A stretch of 64,000 nucleotides of DNA from an uncultured Nitrososphaeraceae archaeon (GTDB lineage: Archaea > Thermoproteota > Nitrososphaeria > Nitrososphaerales > Nitrososphaeraceae): the NCBI GenBank assembly GCA_963779615.1, contig CAVZZA010000004.1, positions 1 through 64,000 on the forward strand, in the 5' to 3' direction. Below are positions 20,869 through 31,562 of the stretch, piece after piece (the stretch's first letter is position 1; the number at the start of each line of letters is the position of its first letter). Made by a program: the position numbers and the translations under genes. The notes below the pieces were generated by a model, which was not told where the DNA came from, did not search any database, and was given only the letters and a program-made list of their open reading frames with translations.

Positions 20869-21234
20869 TTCTATTTATGCACATGCACATATCTGGATAT
20901 TCTTTAACAAAATACGACCCTATTCCTCTAAAAAACAAAAACAGAATTAAAAAAAAATAAATTTTTTTATATTTTATTCATCTAAATTTTTATAAAAACT
21001 TCACTGAAACCGGAAGAATTGTCCCGTTAGATGGATTTGCCGATTCACCAAATTGCAGATTGAAAAATCATCATTATATGAATAGTGCCTCAAATACTGT
21101 TTGTATGTTTATTGAAATTTGAAAAAACTATTGTTTATCTATTCTGTATTCTTATGTTTATTTTTATTATTTGCTTAATGCTAATTCAATAAACATATTA
21201 TTATGTATATCCGAAATGTTTACTTTTAGTATCA

Positions 21235-22524
21235 ATGATATCTAATACCGATTCCTACTGTTCTGTAAGTTATGCTTTTACAAAATTATCTAAATATCTA
21301 AAACCTGTTTTAGATACAGCGCTTGTTCCAGTTTTTGATTCTAAAGGCTATGTTTTGAAAGAAGATGTTGTATCAGATGATGACATACCGGCATACTCTA
21401 GTTCGCATATGGATGGATTTGCTTTGAAATCAGAGGAAACAATTTCTGCTTCAGAATCTGAACCTCTTTGCTTTAAAATATCAGGTGGTGAATCTGTTCT
21501 AGGAATAACCTCACAGTATGTTTTAAAAACCGGAGAAGTATTTAGAATTCAAACAGGTGGATACCTGCCATGTCAATCAGATGCAGTTGTCCCGATTGAG
21601 CGCGTAAGGATTGTGGATGATGAATCAGTGGTTATTTCTTCACCAGTTAAAAAAGGGAGCTATGTTTACTTGGCTGGGGCAGACATCAAGAAAAAAGAAA
21701 AGGTACTTTTTAAAGGGAGATTACTGCGCGCGCAGGATATGGCTGTTTTAGCCACTTTGAAGTTTAGCAAGGTACCCGTATACAGAAAACCCGTAGTTGG
21801 AATCATTCCAACCGGAACGGAACTAACAGATGACTTAGAACATGACAATAACAGGAATAAAGGTCAAAAGATTCTTAATACAAACGGCCCCATGATCGCA
21901 TGCCTAACAGATGAAATAGGGGGAGTCCCCCTGAGTTATAAAGCAACGCCTGACAATCCTGATATCCTAAAAAAGAACATTAAGATCGCCATTAAGGATT
22001 CTGACATAGTTATAACGATAGGAGGAACATCGATGGGAACGCAAGATATAGTGGAAACAACAATTAATTCACTTGGTAAACCTGGCGTATTAGTTCATGG
22101 CGTTAAACTTGATCGTGGAAGGGTTTCAGGTTTGGCGGTGATTGATAAAAAACCAATAATATTGCTGCCCGGACCTATCCAGGGAGCATTTAATGCATTT
22201 ATTGTATTTGTTAGGCCATTAGTTAGGGTTTTCTCCGGCCTGCCTGAAAACAGCGATATGGCGATTTTAGCTACAATTACTGAAAATTGGTCTGCTCGAA
22301 AAAAATTCCATGACTTTACGAAAATCGTATATGTTAAAGTATTGGAGAAGAGGGGAGAATTTCTGGCAACTCCCTTGACCGGTGAAACACCGAGTGTATC
22401 TTTGTTGGTAAAAAGCAATGGATATGTTGTGATGGATGAGGAGGTCACGAATATTGATGCGGGTGAAAAAGTAAAAGTTAATTTACTCCCTGGCTTTTCT
22501 TACACCAAAGATGGATGGTTTTGA
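21235..22524 (+). CDS. moeA: molybdopterin molybdotransferase
   Basis: SHMDGFA, RIQTGG, TGTEL, GGTSMG, LPGP. Confidence 0.93.
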   Translation: MISNTDSYCSVSYAFTKLSKYLKPVLDTALVPVFDSKGYVLKEDVVSDDDIPAYSSSHMDGFALKSEETISASESEPLCFKISGGESVLGITSQYVLKTGEVFRIQTGGYLPCQSDAVVPIERVRIVDDESVVISSPVKKGSYVYLAGADIKKKEKVLFKGRLLRAQDMAVLATLKFSKVPVYRKPVVGIIPTGTELTDDLEHDNNRNKGQKILNTNGPMIACLTDEIGGVPLSYKATPDNPDILKKNIKIAIKDSDIVITIGGTSMGTQDIVETTINSLGKPGVLVHGVKLDRGRVSGLAVIDKKPIILLPGPIQGAFNAFIVFVRPLVRVFSGLPENSDMAILATITENWSARKKFHDFTKIVYVKVLEKRGEFLATPLTGETPSVSLLVKSNGYVVMDEEVTNIDAGEKVKVNLLPGFSYTKDGWF

Positions 22525-22710
22525 AAATGAAATTTATAAATGATTAACAGTAACGATATTTAATAATTTTATTATGTGTTTTTGTATGCGTACATATTGA
22601 ATTAGTACAAGATGAATTGTATTATCAAAAAAATTGGGTCATATTTTAATTTATAAGGTGTTGAATTATCTAAAAAAAATAATATGTTGCATTAAATGGA
22701 TTTGTCTTGT

Positions 22711-23625
22711 CTATTGGTCATGTCCATGCCCTGCCATCATTTTATATGCATGCATAATACCTGGGAATAGAGCATTTAGTGACTGAGAAACTGCAGTTTC
22801 GCTTCCTGGGAGATTTATTATTATGGTATTTCCCCTAATTCCTGCAACTCCCCTTGATAGCATTGATAATGGTGTTCGCTGTTGCCCGTAATTTCTGAGG
22901 TTTTCTACAATCCCATCTATCCCCTTTTCTAGAATATTTAAGGTTGCTTCGGGAGTGGTATCACGGGGACCTACGCCAGTTCCTCCAGTTGTTAAAATCA
23001 TGTCGGCATGTAGTTCGTCACAAAACCTCTTCAATTCATGTTCTATTGTTTTTATTTCGTCTGGTATCATCTTGTATTCAATTATGTCAAAGCCATTTTT
23101 TTTCAGTGTATTGATTATTGTTTTGCCTGATGTGTCTTGTTCCTTTTTCCTAGAATCGCTAACTACAATTACAGCAGCGTTGAGTTTTCTGTCATGGTAA
23201 TCAAAAAAATCCTTAATTCCACCTTTTTTTTCTAAAATTTTTATGGATTCTATTGTAATGGAGTCATCTATCGGCTTTAGCATGTCATAAATAGTTAATG
23301 CGGCAATACTTGCTCCGGTAAGCGATTCCATTTCAACTCCAGTTTTCCAAACACTTTTCACATTTACAACTATTTTAATAACGTTACCTTCAACCTTGAA
23401 ATCGACTTTGATGCTGTCTATAGGAATAGGATGGCAATATGGTATCAATTCTGGTGTTCTTTTTACCCCCATTGTTCCGGCTACTTTTGCTGCTTCAAAG
23501 ATATTTCCTTTCGGAGAGTTGCCATCTTTTACGTTGTCTGCTAGGTCTGGATTTATAGATACTAATGCCTGTGCAGTTGCAGTCCTTAATGACCATGGCT
23601 TCTGGCCAACATCTATCATGCCCAT
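22711..23625 (-). CDS. moaCB: bifunctional MoaC / MoaB-MogA molybdenum cofactor biosynthesis protein
   Basis: LIPYCHP, TGVEME, YDMLK (MoaC); VSDSR, TTGGTGVGPRDTTPEA, NLPGS (MogA/MoaB). Confidence 0.93.
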   Translation of the reverse strand: MGMIDVGQKPWSLRTATAQALVSINPDLADNVKDGNSPKGNIFEAAKVAGTMGVKRTPELIPYCHPIPIDSIKVDFKVEGNVIKIVVNVKSVWKTGVEMESLTGASIAALTIYDMLKPIDDSITIESIKILEKKGGIKDFFDYHDRKLNAAVIVVSDSRKKEQDTSGKTIINTLKKNGFDIIEYKMIPDEIKTIEHELKRFCDELHADMILTTGGTGVGPRDTTPEATLNILEKGIDGIVENLRNYGQQRTPLSMLSRGVAGIRGNTIIINLPGSETAVSQSLNALFPGIMHAYKMMAGHGHDQ

Positions 23626-23872
23626 TTAATAAGATAGATAAACCAATCTATTTATAGAAAATGAATTAAGCAATAAAATGCGATTAATTTTTATGGACAT
23701 ATAAAAAAAATTGTATATACGGGTACGCAACAATTATCATAAGGACTTTTAAGAGTAAATATGAAAGAGGTATATTCTACAATAAACGAATATGGAAATG
23801 GAACAATTTTTTCTATTTAAAATAAAAGGCTCATTGGGATCATTATTTATTATATTTTTTTACAAATTGTTT

Positions 23873-24155
23873 ATGATAACTTTTTCGGGTTTTGCTTTTG
23901 CTGGGGATCGTGGGATATTTAAGATGGAGGTCAGCACCGATGGGGGCAAGCCCTGGAAATCCGCTATTGTCAAAAGAACCTTTATCTAAATACACATGGG
24001 ATTTATGGACCGGTGGATTTACCCCTAAAGTGAATGGAGAGTATAAAGTTGTCGTTAGAGCTACCGACAAAACAGGCAAGTTACAGACATCTGATGTTGC
24101 TACTCCGTTCCCAAATGGTGCGGCAGGCTATAATGCGGTAGAGGTAAAAACATAA
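23873..24155 (+). pseudogene. C-terminal remnant of a second sulfite-oxidase-family enzyme
   Basis: GFAFAGDRGIFKMEVSTDGGKPW / (frameshift) EPLSKYTW..VVRATDKTG..PFPNGAAGYN is collinear with the C-terminus of 3907-5604; the Mo-binding domain is absent. Confidence 0.85.
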
Positions 24156-24362
24156 TCGATAATTCCGAATGGTTGGTCATACAATAATGGTAGTTTATTG
24201 GCAGATACACGTAATTTTTAATTACGATAATATGGGGTAACAATTAATGGCAGCTGGAGACAAAACGGTTATCTGCTATTATTTCCCTTCTGGGTTCAAC
24301 AGAAGTTAATCACTTTTACAGGCCGTATTCCTCAGCGTCGCTTAATACTTGATGATTAACCG

Positions 24363-25376
24363 TTACCCCCCAATGGTATGCATAACATTTAGTGTAGGCT
24401 TTAAAGCATTTGACCTTATTTTGCTTATTATCCCTTCGGGTTTCTTCCTTAGGCAGTCTTGGATATACAGGTCTATCTCCTTGTCGGTTTTTCCACTTTC
24501 AAGTAAATCCTTCAGGTCATAACCTTTCTTCTCGAATAAGCATGTGTGAAACTTGCCTTCAGATGTTATCCTTATTCTATCGCAGTATTGGCAAAATGGC
24601 TCTGTCATGGTGGGAATAAATCCAACAATGCCATTGCCGTCATCAAAAGAATAAAGCCTTGCGGGGTCCGAGTTGTCATTATTTAATGGGACCAATTTTT
24701 TAATGTTGGTATTTATGATATCCATCATTTCCTTTTTACTAAAAACAAGATTTGGAGCCCAGATGCCAGTTCCATCCAAAGGCATAAATTCGATATATTT
24801 CACCACATGCCCTGTCTCTCTTGAAAATTGTGCAAAACGCACTATTTCATCATCATTCCAATCCCTTATTACTACTGTGTTTATTTTTACCTGCATGCCT
24901 ATAGAATGGGCTGCATTTATTGAATCCAACACTTTGTCAAGGCCATCGATTCCGGTCATGGCCTTGAATCGCTTTCTATTGAATGTGTCCAGACTAATAT
25001 TTACACTCTGTAATCCCGACTCTTTGAGTCGTTTTATTTTGTCTTTAAGCAAAAGTCCGTTTGTTGTCATGCTAATTGATTTTATTCCATCGATATTTGA
25101 TAGAGATTTCACAAGATCCTCTAATTTAGGACGAATTGTCGGTTCGCCCCCTGTGATTTTTATTTTATCAATACCGTGGCTAGCAAATATGGTGGCAATG
25201 TGAACAATTTGATCAAAACTCAATAGATTGCCTTGTTCAAACCAGGTAGTATTGTTATAGGGCATGCAATACATGCAACGCATATTGCATCTGTCTGTAA
25301 CGGAAATCCTCAACTTTTTTGCAATTCTGCCAAAACTGTCTTCCATATTTTGGTTGAATATGGAGCTTTTATCCAC
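24363..25376 (-). CDS. moaA: GTP 3',8-cyclase (radical SAM)
   Basis: LRISVTDRCNMRCMYCMP, TGGEP, FCQYCDRIR..CLF, C-terminal IGG. Confidence 0.96.
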   Translation of the reverse strand: MDKSSIFNQNMEDSFGRIAKKLRISVTDRCNMRCMYCMPYNNTTWFEQGNLLSFDQIVHIATIFASHGIDKIKITGGEPTIRPKLEDLVKSLSNIDGIKSISMTTNGLLLKDKIKRLKESGLQSVNISLDTFNRKRFKAMTGIDGLDKVLDSINAAHSIGMQVKINTVVIRDWNDDEIVRFAQFSRETGHVVKYIEFMPLDGTGIWAPNLVFSKKEMMDIINTNIKKLVPLNNDNSDPARLYSFDDGNGIVGFIPTMTEPFCQYCDRIRITSEGKFHTCLFEKKGYDLKDLLESGKTDKEIDLYIQDCLRKKPEGIISKIRSNALKPTLNVMHTIGG

Positions 25377-25498
25377 ATAATAATAAATGTAAAGATGTTT
25401 ATTTAGTTGTGTATTATATTAAAATTGATTGCCAAATTTTAATGTCAATTTAGGTTATTTAACAACTACTTGGTAACCTGTATGGGGAAGGCTGTCAG

Positions 25499-26320
25499 AT
25501 GGTAACCAGAGTATTTGATGAAGGAAAGCCATTATCAAAATTATTACATGAACTTAGGGAGAGAATCATCAGAATATCCATTTCTGTGATAGTAACCATC
25601 TCTGTTTGTATGACCATGAGTATAACCATCTATAACTTGGGTAATTATAAAATACCAATACTCTATCCGGATCCACTCCACAACATTTCAATCCAAATAA
25701 TTATGTTCATGAGGGATACTTTATTGCCAAAAAGCGTTACCATTATCCAGGTTGCACCAGGCCAGGCCCTCTCTGCACAAATCTTTGTGGCAATAATCAC
25801 AGGATTAATTATCTCCATGCCAATAATGTTTAGGGAAATAATTGCTTTTGTAGCCCCCGCACTTCATTCCCACGAGAGAAAAATTATCAATAATATTGTG
25901 TTTCCGGCAATATTCCTTTTTGTTGCTGGTTGCTTTTTCTCTTATTATTTGGTGGTGCCTTACACAATCGAGTTTTTATATAGATATGGCCAGGCCATGG
26001 ATGTTTCCTCTTTTTTTGAAATAACTCAATTTATTTCATTCTCAATGCTGCTTTTGATTATTTTCGGTTTTTCTTATCAACTTCCACTGTTAATTTGGGT
26101 TCTTACTAAAACTAAAGTTGTAAAGCCTCGTTTTTGGAGAAACAACATCCGTTATGTTGTCATTATATTGGTTCTCTTTGGGGCGTTTGTAACCCCTGAT
26201 GGGAGTGGCGTAACAATGTGGTTTGTTATAGGGCCAATGCTTCTTCTTTACGTTATTGGAACATTGGCAGCAGAACTGAAGTTGGGGAATAATCTTTCTG
26301 AAAACGCTGAAATCCCATGA
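25499..26320 (+). CDS. tatC: twin-arginine translocase subunit TatC
   Basis: ELRERI, FVAPAL..HE, YQLP, AFVTPDG; 6 TM segments. Confidence 0.93.
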   Translation: MVTRVFDEGKPLSKLLHELRERIIRISISVIVTISVCMTMSITIYNLGNYKIPILYPDPLHNISIQIIMFMRDTLLPKSVTIIQVAPGQALSAQIFVAIITGLIISMPIMFREIIAFVAPALHSHERKIINNIVFPAIFLFVAGCFFSYYLVVPYTIEFLYRYGQAMDVSSFFEITQFISFSMLLLIIFGFSYQLPLLIWVLTKTKVVKPRFWRNNIRYVVIILVLFGAFVTPDGSGVTMWFVIGPMLLLYVIGTLAAELKLGNNLSENAEIP

Positions 26321-26382
26321 TGTTTGTAATTAGTCCTATTGATGTGCCCCTCAAAACACAACCTTAAAAAGCTGAAAAAAAA

Positions 26383-26679
26383 TCAGCTTGTTTTCACGTG
26401 CTTGCTATATATTATTCCATAAATCTTTAATTTCAAATAATCGGAAAATATCTGATCCTGGATATCATAATACACTTTATTTTCGGGGTTTTTTTCCTCT
26501 TTTAAATATTTGACTATCTTCATGTGCAATTCATTGATGAAGTTGTAAATTTCGTTATTGTCAGCTTTGTAACTTTTGGAATAGTCAAAATCAATATTGT
26601 CTTCCATAATATCCTTAACAAAGGCGTCTACAGCTTTTTCTTTCATCAATCCATACTTAAATTTAGTTGCTTCACTCAT
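26383..26679 (-). CDS. hypothetical protein
   Basis: 98-aa ORF with ATG and upstream TATA-like box. Confidence 0.6.
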   Translation of the reverse strand: MSEATKFKYGLMKEKAVDAFVKDIMEDNIDFDYSKSYKADNNEIYNFINELHMKIVKYLKEEKNPENKVYYDIQDQIFSDYLKLKIYGIIYSKHVKTS

Positions 26680-27494
26680 AATTTGTTATTTATAATTTAA
26701 TCTGTTAATAAATTTTGTCAATACCTTATACCATAATTCAGGTTAGGAGACTCCTTAAAGTTGTACCAACACCTATCAACTCAAAATACAATTATTTTTT
26801 TATATTGTTTTAGTTAATGTATATCCTTTTTGTTGGTAATTTGAAATCAGCAAAGGGCTGGCAGTCTGGCATGGCCATACTTCGATACCTGGTGGTATTG
26901 GAAAGGATACAGATTCTGGAATAAAAAATGGAAAATACTTCAAGTTTGGATTCCCTGACAGCACCATGGTGAGGTGAATGTATGGCCAAAAAACTGGCAG
27001 GTTTCACATGCATATATGCTGAAAAAATAACCCCGCAAGAATGCCTGAAATATTAACAAAACTGGCAGGACCCCACCCTAATTTGAATCAGTCCCCAAAT
27101 TGGATTCTAATTGGAAAACATTCGATTCATCAAGTATTAAATCTCATCATGGTGGTTAATCTTTTTACTATCATGTTATCTAGTGAGGAAAATGTTTCTT
27201 AACCGGTATTGAAAACAGAAGTGATTATATTCCATAAAATGGAAAACCATCCTTGTTTCCTTCATTAAGGAAACCTAGGAAACTGCAAGTTCTTAATACG
27301 CTAAGCATATCAAGTGTATATTCATTTCTTTCAGAAATCATGCAGTTAAAACAACGGCTTTTGTCAATTTTCACGTTAAATGAAGGGGGGCCAAAAACAA
27401 TAAAATGGTATTAATCATTTATATCTGTTAAGGTATCAATAAACTAGTGGATAGCAATAACAATATGGTAAACCTTAAAATAAATGATAATGAC

Positions 27495-27935
27495 ATGAAT
27501 AACAATAAAAATATTTATTGACCTAAACTACTTGGAGCAATCAACTCAGCATGGCTGTTCTACAATGGCCAGTTTAGGAAGGATGGTAATACCATTTCAT
27601 CTTCCACCTATTGCTGTTATGATGAATGCTAATGGTTTGCAAGCAAAAACTGCTGATACTCTACATGGTATATTAGTAGACACAACAGTGAAAGAGCAGG
27701 ATCTTGGATGAAAAATTCGACAACCAAACAATAGAAGCAGTCATCCTTCTGACATGATTGAAAGATCAAAATATTTTGATTAGATTGGAAAATCATCCAA
27801 TAATGCATTAGTCAAGGAGGCTAAAAACGCAGAAGTTCAGCCTATTTTCGAATCAAGAAAACATACTACCAAAGCAAAAGAGCGCAATATCATGAAAGAG
27901 AGGTATAAGAAAACATTATCTATGGTAAATACATA
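27495..27935 (+). pseudogene. decayed HD-domain phosphohydrolase (Mesh1/SpoT-hydrolase-like)
   Basis: Fragments across frames: GQFRKDG..PFIFH..AVM..LHGILVDT..EAVILLT..LVKEA; several stops and frameshifts; catalytic HD eroded; boundaries approximate. Confidence 0.55.
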
Positions 27936-28609
27936 ATGGCGCCCAAAACCTGAAATGAACTTTGGCAAAAGTGTAAAAATGCAGCGGATAACTAATACCA
28001 TATATAGATATCACTCATTATTTTTAATGGCGAAATTTAATATAGCAAAATCAAGGAAACACATGCTTTCTGAAGTCTTTGTTTTATCATCAATAGTTGT
28101 TTAAGGTATTGATAAGAAGTTAATTTTAACCTTGCAGGGTTCTGGAAGTCAAAGTTAAGGCAATAGGGAAATAAAATAACACTGTTAAAAAAGGAAAAGC
28201 ACCTTAAAATTATGGAGGAGATTCCTTTCCTTATCAATTTTGTAAAAGTGGATATAGAATGAATTTGATTTATAGGATATTGACCGATTTAATTTTCCAA
28301 GTAAAATATATTAAAAGACATGGATTTTTATTACTAATGTCACAATTTCAATTCCATCATGTTTTTTCAGGCACACCAGCAAGGCTTAAACAAATTTGGT
28401 TAAAGAACCAATCAAAATACATTAAAATTAAAAGTTCTCAACCATTGTCATATAGTAAAAACTGTCAAACCGGCCGTATGCAAAAAAGCAGAACAGGAAA
28501 TATCGGCTCGCTCAACTCCACCTTAAAATCAACGGAACAACTCTGTTAATCTAGAAACTGCATAATATTGTGAACTATCTCATACAAACCCCGGAAACTT
28601 GGTTTAAAT

Positions 28610-28765
28610 TTGAATACCTCCGAAAGTAAAGTCAAGAAGAATAAAAAAAGGCAGTATGTGTGCATTAGATGCGGGTGTGAAATGACCGAAATGACACCAT
28701 GCCATCTAAAATGTTTTAGGTGTGGAGCAGAACATGATTGTTCTGACAAAGGCAGTTTTTGGTAG
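28610..28765 (+). CDS. 51-aa zinc-finger micro-protein
   Basis: CIRCGCEM...CHLKCFRCGAEHDCSDKG; TTG start inferred; not in ORF track. Confidence 0.75.
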   Translation: MNTSESKVKKNKKRQYVCIRCGCEMTEMTPCHLKCFRCGAEHDCSDKGSFW

Positions 28766-29191
28766 GATTGTTTTTTAAGTCCATTAGTATTTATCACCAA
28801 TCTTAATCGCCCTACCACAATATGGATTCCATACCATGTTTATTGACGAAATAACTCTATCCACTACCATAACAACTACCATGGTTTATGATTGTTGCAG
28901 GTGCTAGCCAAAAAGAGTCAAATTGTTACGCAGATACAATTATTTAGTAACTTTACAGCTTTAGTTAGGATGGATAAATTGTTCAATTTTTTTATCCTGA
29001 TGACCCTTTGAAACTCTAATCTCTAATAATGAGCATTAAGCAAACTCCACCAACCTTTTTTCATGTTTCTTTAAGGTTTAGGACTTGAGCCTGCTTTGAG
29101 ACGGTTTTTTAGAATTTCTTGTTAAATCCTTCAATTAGGATAATGATTATACAAATACAATTAATAAAAAGAATAGTTAATCTTATTTTAG

Positions 29192-29521
29192 ATGGAAGTT
29201 CAGGAGAATATTTACAAAATTAAAGGTTTGAATGACAACGGTGTTTCTGTGACCCTAACTTTGATAGAAGATATCGAATTGGAACCCGTTTCTCAACAAC
29301 AGCTTATGCTAGAAGCGATAAATAGAGCCATTCCAGATAAGGAGATGAAAGATCAACTGCAACCAATTATGGAAGCAATGTTGAAAGCACAGCCACAGAC
29401 CGTTATTCAATCTTATCCTCAAACACAGATAACAATAACGATGCCTAAAAGAAAATACGAAAATTATGGAAAACCACAAGTAGGGGAATTTCTCATTGTA
29501 AACATTTTAACCAAAAATTAG
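29192..29521 (+). CDS. hypothetical protein, possibly arcadin-1-like
   Basis: 109 aa: beta-rich N-terminus, Q/M-rich helical middle, C-terminal ITITMPKRKYENYGKPQVGEFLIVNI. Confidence 0.65.
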   Translation: MEVQENIYKIKGLNDNGVSVTLTLIEDIELEPVSQQQLMLEAINRAIPDKEMKDQLQPIMEAMLKAQPQTVIQSYPQTQITITMPKRKYENYGKPQVGEFLIVNILTKN

Positions 29522-29858
29522 TTATGACATTAAATGAATACAAATATTATATATTTGTTGAGCGCTCACATTTTTAATTTACATGTTAATTGCCAATAAA
29601 TTTTTCACTTTCTATGCCGCTTGATATGGAATACTAGTGATTTTGTTGGAATGGAAAGAATATTAAGATGATTTTGTTACATTCGGTATTAATTTGTACG
29701 ATATTAGAAAAAAGTAATATTTTAAAATTCAGTATATGTTTTACTCGGCATCCCATTTATTGTAATAATACGGAGTGAAATACTTCTCAAGTTTAACCAT
29801 TCCTATATGCATTTCAAAAAATAAAATATTAATATTTGTATTGGGATACATAATATAT

Positions 29859-29990
29859 ATGAATAGCGAAGAACGATCAATGCCAGTTTGTTTTACACCT
29901 GAGCAAATTAATGCTTTGGAAGTGTATGCAAAGAAAAAAGGAATGTTGAATTATAATCAGGCAATTGAGGAAATCATTGAATCCCTTTGA
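29859..29990 (+). CDS. small ribbon-helix-helix-like protein
   Basis: MPVCFTPEQINALEVYAKKKGMLNYNQAIEEII; ATG at 29859. Confidence 0.6.
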   Translation: MNSEERSMPVCFTPEQINALEVYAKKKGMLNYNQAIEEIIESL

Positions 29991-30215
29991 GTTCATCTCC
30001 TCTATATTTTTTATGGGGATCTAGTTCTCCTTTGATCATTCACCATACATTCATTATATTTTTTGATGGAACTATAAGAGAAATTATAACCATTTTTTAA
30101 TACCGTGGACATGAAGTTTTAAGCTCTAAAAAGAAATAAACAAAAAGGAATTGAAAAGGCTGGAAATTTATTGTGATTAAAAACTTATTTGGTAATAAGA
30201 CTTAATTTTATTGAT

Positions 30216-30422
30216 ATGGATTTCTTTAATTTTTTAAAAAAGCACAGATGTCAAAATTGTGGAAGACGGTTCAACAAAGTTGAAAACTATATGCACCATC
30301 AATTATTGTATCACTCTAACACAAGCTCCTTTGATTGCTCAAATTGTGGAATTAAATTTACCGATATGGATAAGTTAAAAGATCATATAAGAAAAGATCA
30401 TTCATATAAAAAAAATAGGTGA
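30216..30422 (+). CDS. tandem C2H2 zinc-finger protein
   Basis: CQNCGRRF...HHQLLYH and CSNCGIKF...HIRKDH. Confidence 0.8.
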   Translation: MDFFNFLKKHRCQNCGRRFNKVENYMHHQLLYHSNTSSFDCSNCGIKFTDMDKLKDHIRKDHSYKKNR

Positions 30423-30475
30423 TATCCTGTTCTAGTACATGATAATAATTGTTGTATAGTTCTATAATGTTTGTT

Positions 30476-30775
30476 TTAGTCAATAACCTTAATTTTCTTC
30501 ACCCCTACTTTATCAACCATGTAAAAATCATTAGACACTTGGATGATGTCCCCCAAAGACACTCTATAATGGCTTCTTTTTTTCTTCAATGGCGTGCCGA
30601 ATGGTTGTTCTTCCTCCATGAATTTTATCCATATTCTTCCTGCATTAAGAATATTTTTAAACTCATTTTCCCATACTAAATCATAAATAGTATTTAACGC
30701 TTGGCTACTGATTTTATTGCCCTTTAGTATAATTTCGGGATCAGGTTCTTTACAGAAGTAAACCCTAACTTTCAT
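30476..30775 (-). CDS. hypothetical protein with YodL-like C-terminal pattern
   Basis: RVSLGDIIQV..FYMVDKVGVKKI. Confidence 0.6.
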   Translation of the reverse strand: MKVRVYFCKEPDPEIILKGNKISSQALNTIYDLVWENEFKNILNAGRIWIKFMEEEQPFGTPLKKKRSHYRVSLGDIIQVSNDFYMVDKVGVKKIKVID

Positions 30776-30902
30776 AGATCTTTACCGAATTGCAATAATG
30801 ATGATTTATGGGAATCAACCATTTATTTATAATGACAGTTTACCTCCAAAAGGATATTGTGTATGCTTTACTTTATTTTAAATTGTAACTGCCATAACCA
30901 CC

Positions 30903-31562
30903 CTATTTCCGAAGCAGCTTAAACGCATGTTCCCCAGAACCATTCCTAAAATAATATGTAATCCACAAAAACGCGAGGGGTTCTAGGAGGCGGGATCCAT
31001 CGATACCACCTATATCGATGGTTTCCCACCCAAATTTGCCAAGAATATTATCTGTTACAAACTTTTTTGAAGGGTTGTCATTTCCACAAATGAACATTGT
31101 GGGGGGCCCTCCATTGGGAAAGTCCGGATGTATAAAGTGAGAGTTGCCAACTGTGTTAAATGCCTTTACAACCTTGGCTTTAGGAATAAGGCGCTGAATA
31201 GTTTCCCCAGCAGAATCAGAATGCCCTAGGGCTAGCTTTGGAGGCATTCCCTTTGAAAAGTCCAACGGATTAGTGACATCAATTACAATTTTTCCATAAA
31301 AGTTTTTGGGGTCAGCCATATTTATGGCATTGTAAGTACCATCCCATGAAGTTGCTATAACGATGGTCTCCCCGAACAGGGCAGCTTCTACAAAAGAGCC
31401 TGCAAAAGCTTTTCCTCCATCTTCCTCATGATTACTAATCCATTGGATAACATCATTTTTTTTTGGATTGCGGGTTCCAATTGTGACTGTGTGGCCAAGT
31501 TCGATTAACCCGTCTCCCAGTCTACGGCCCACATCGCCAGAACCAAGAATTCCTATTTTCAT
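30903..31562 (-). CDS. NADPH-dependent F420 reductase-family oxidoreductase
   Basis: KIGILGSGDVG, VIDVTNPL, VVKAFNT, DIGGI..SR.LEP. Confidence 0.9.
   Translation of the reverse strand: MKIGILGSGDVGRRLGDGLIELGHTVTIGTRNPKKNDVIQWISNHEEDGGKAFAGSFVEAALFGETIVIATSWDGTYNAINMADPKNFYGKIVIDVTNPLDFSKGMPPKLALGHSDSAGETIQRLIPKAKVVKAFNTVGNSHFIHPDFPNGGPPTMFICGNDNPSKKFVTDNILGKFGWETIDIGGIDGSRLLEPLAFLWITYYFRNGSGEHAFKLLRK

Noticed and set aside
24673-25203. 176-aa ORF antisense to moaA, and similar antisense ORFs over leuS, fusA, moeA and the ebo-like genes
   Set aside because: Shadow ORFs fully overlapping well-supported genes, with no motifs of their own
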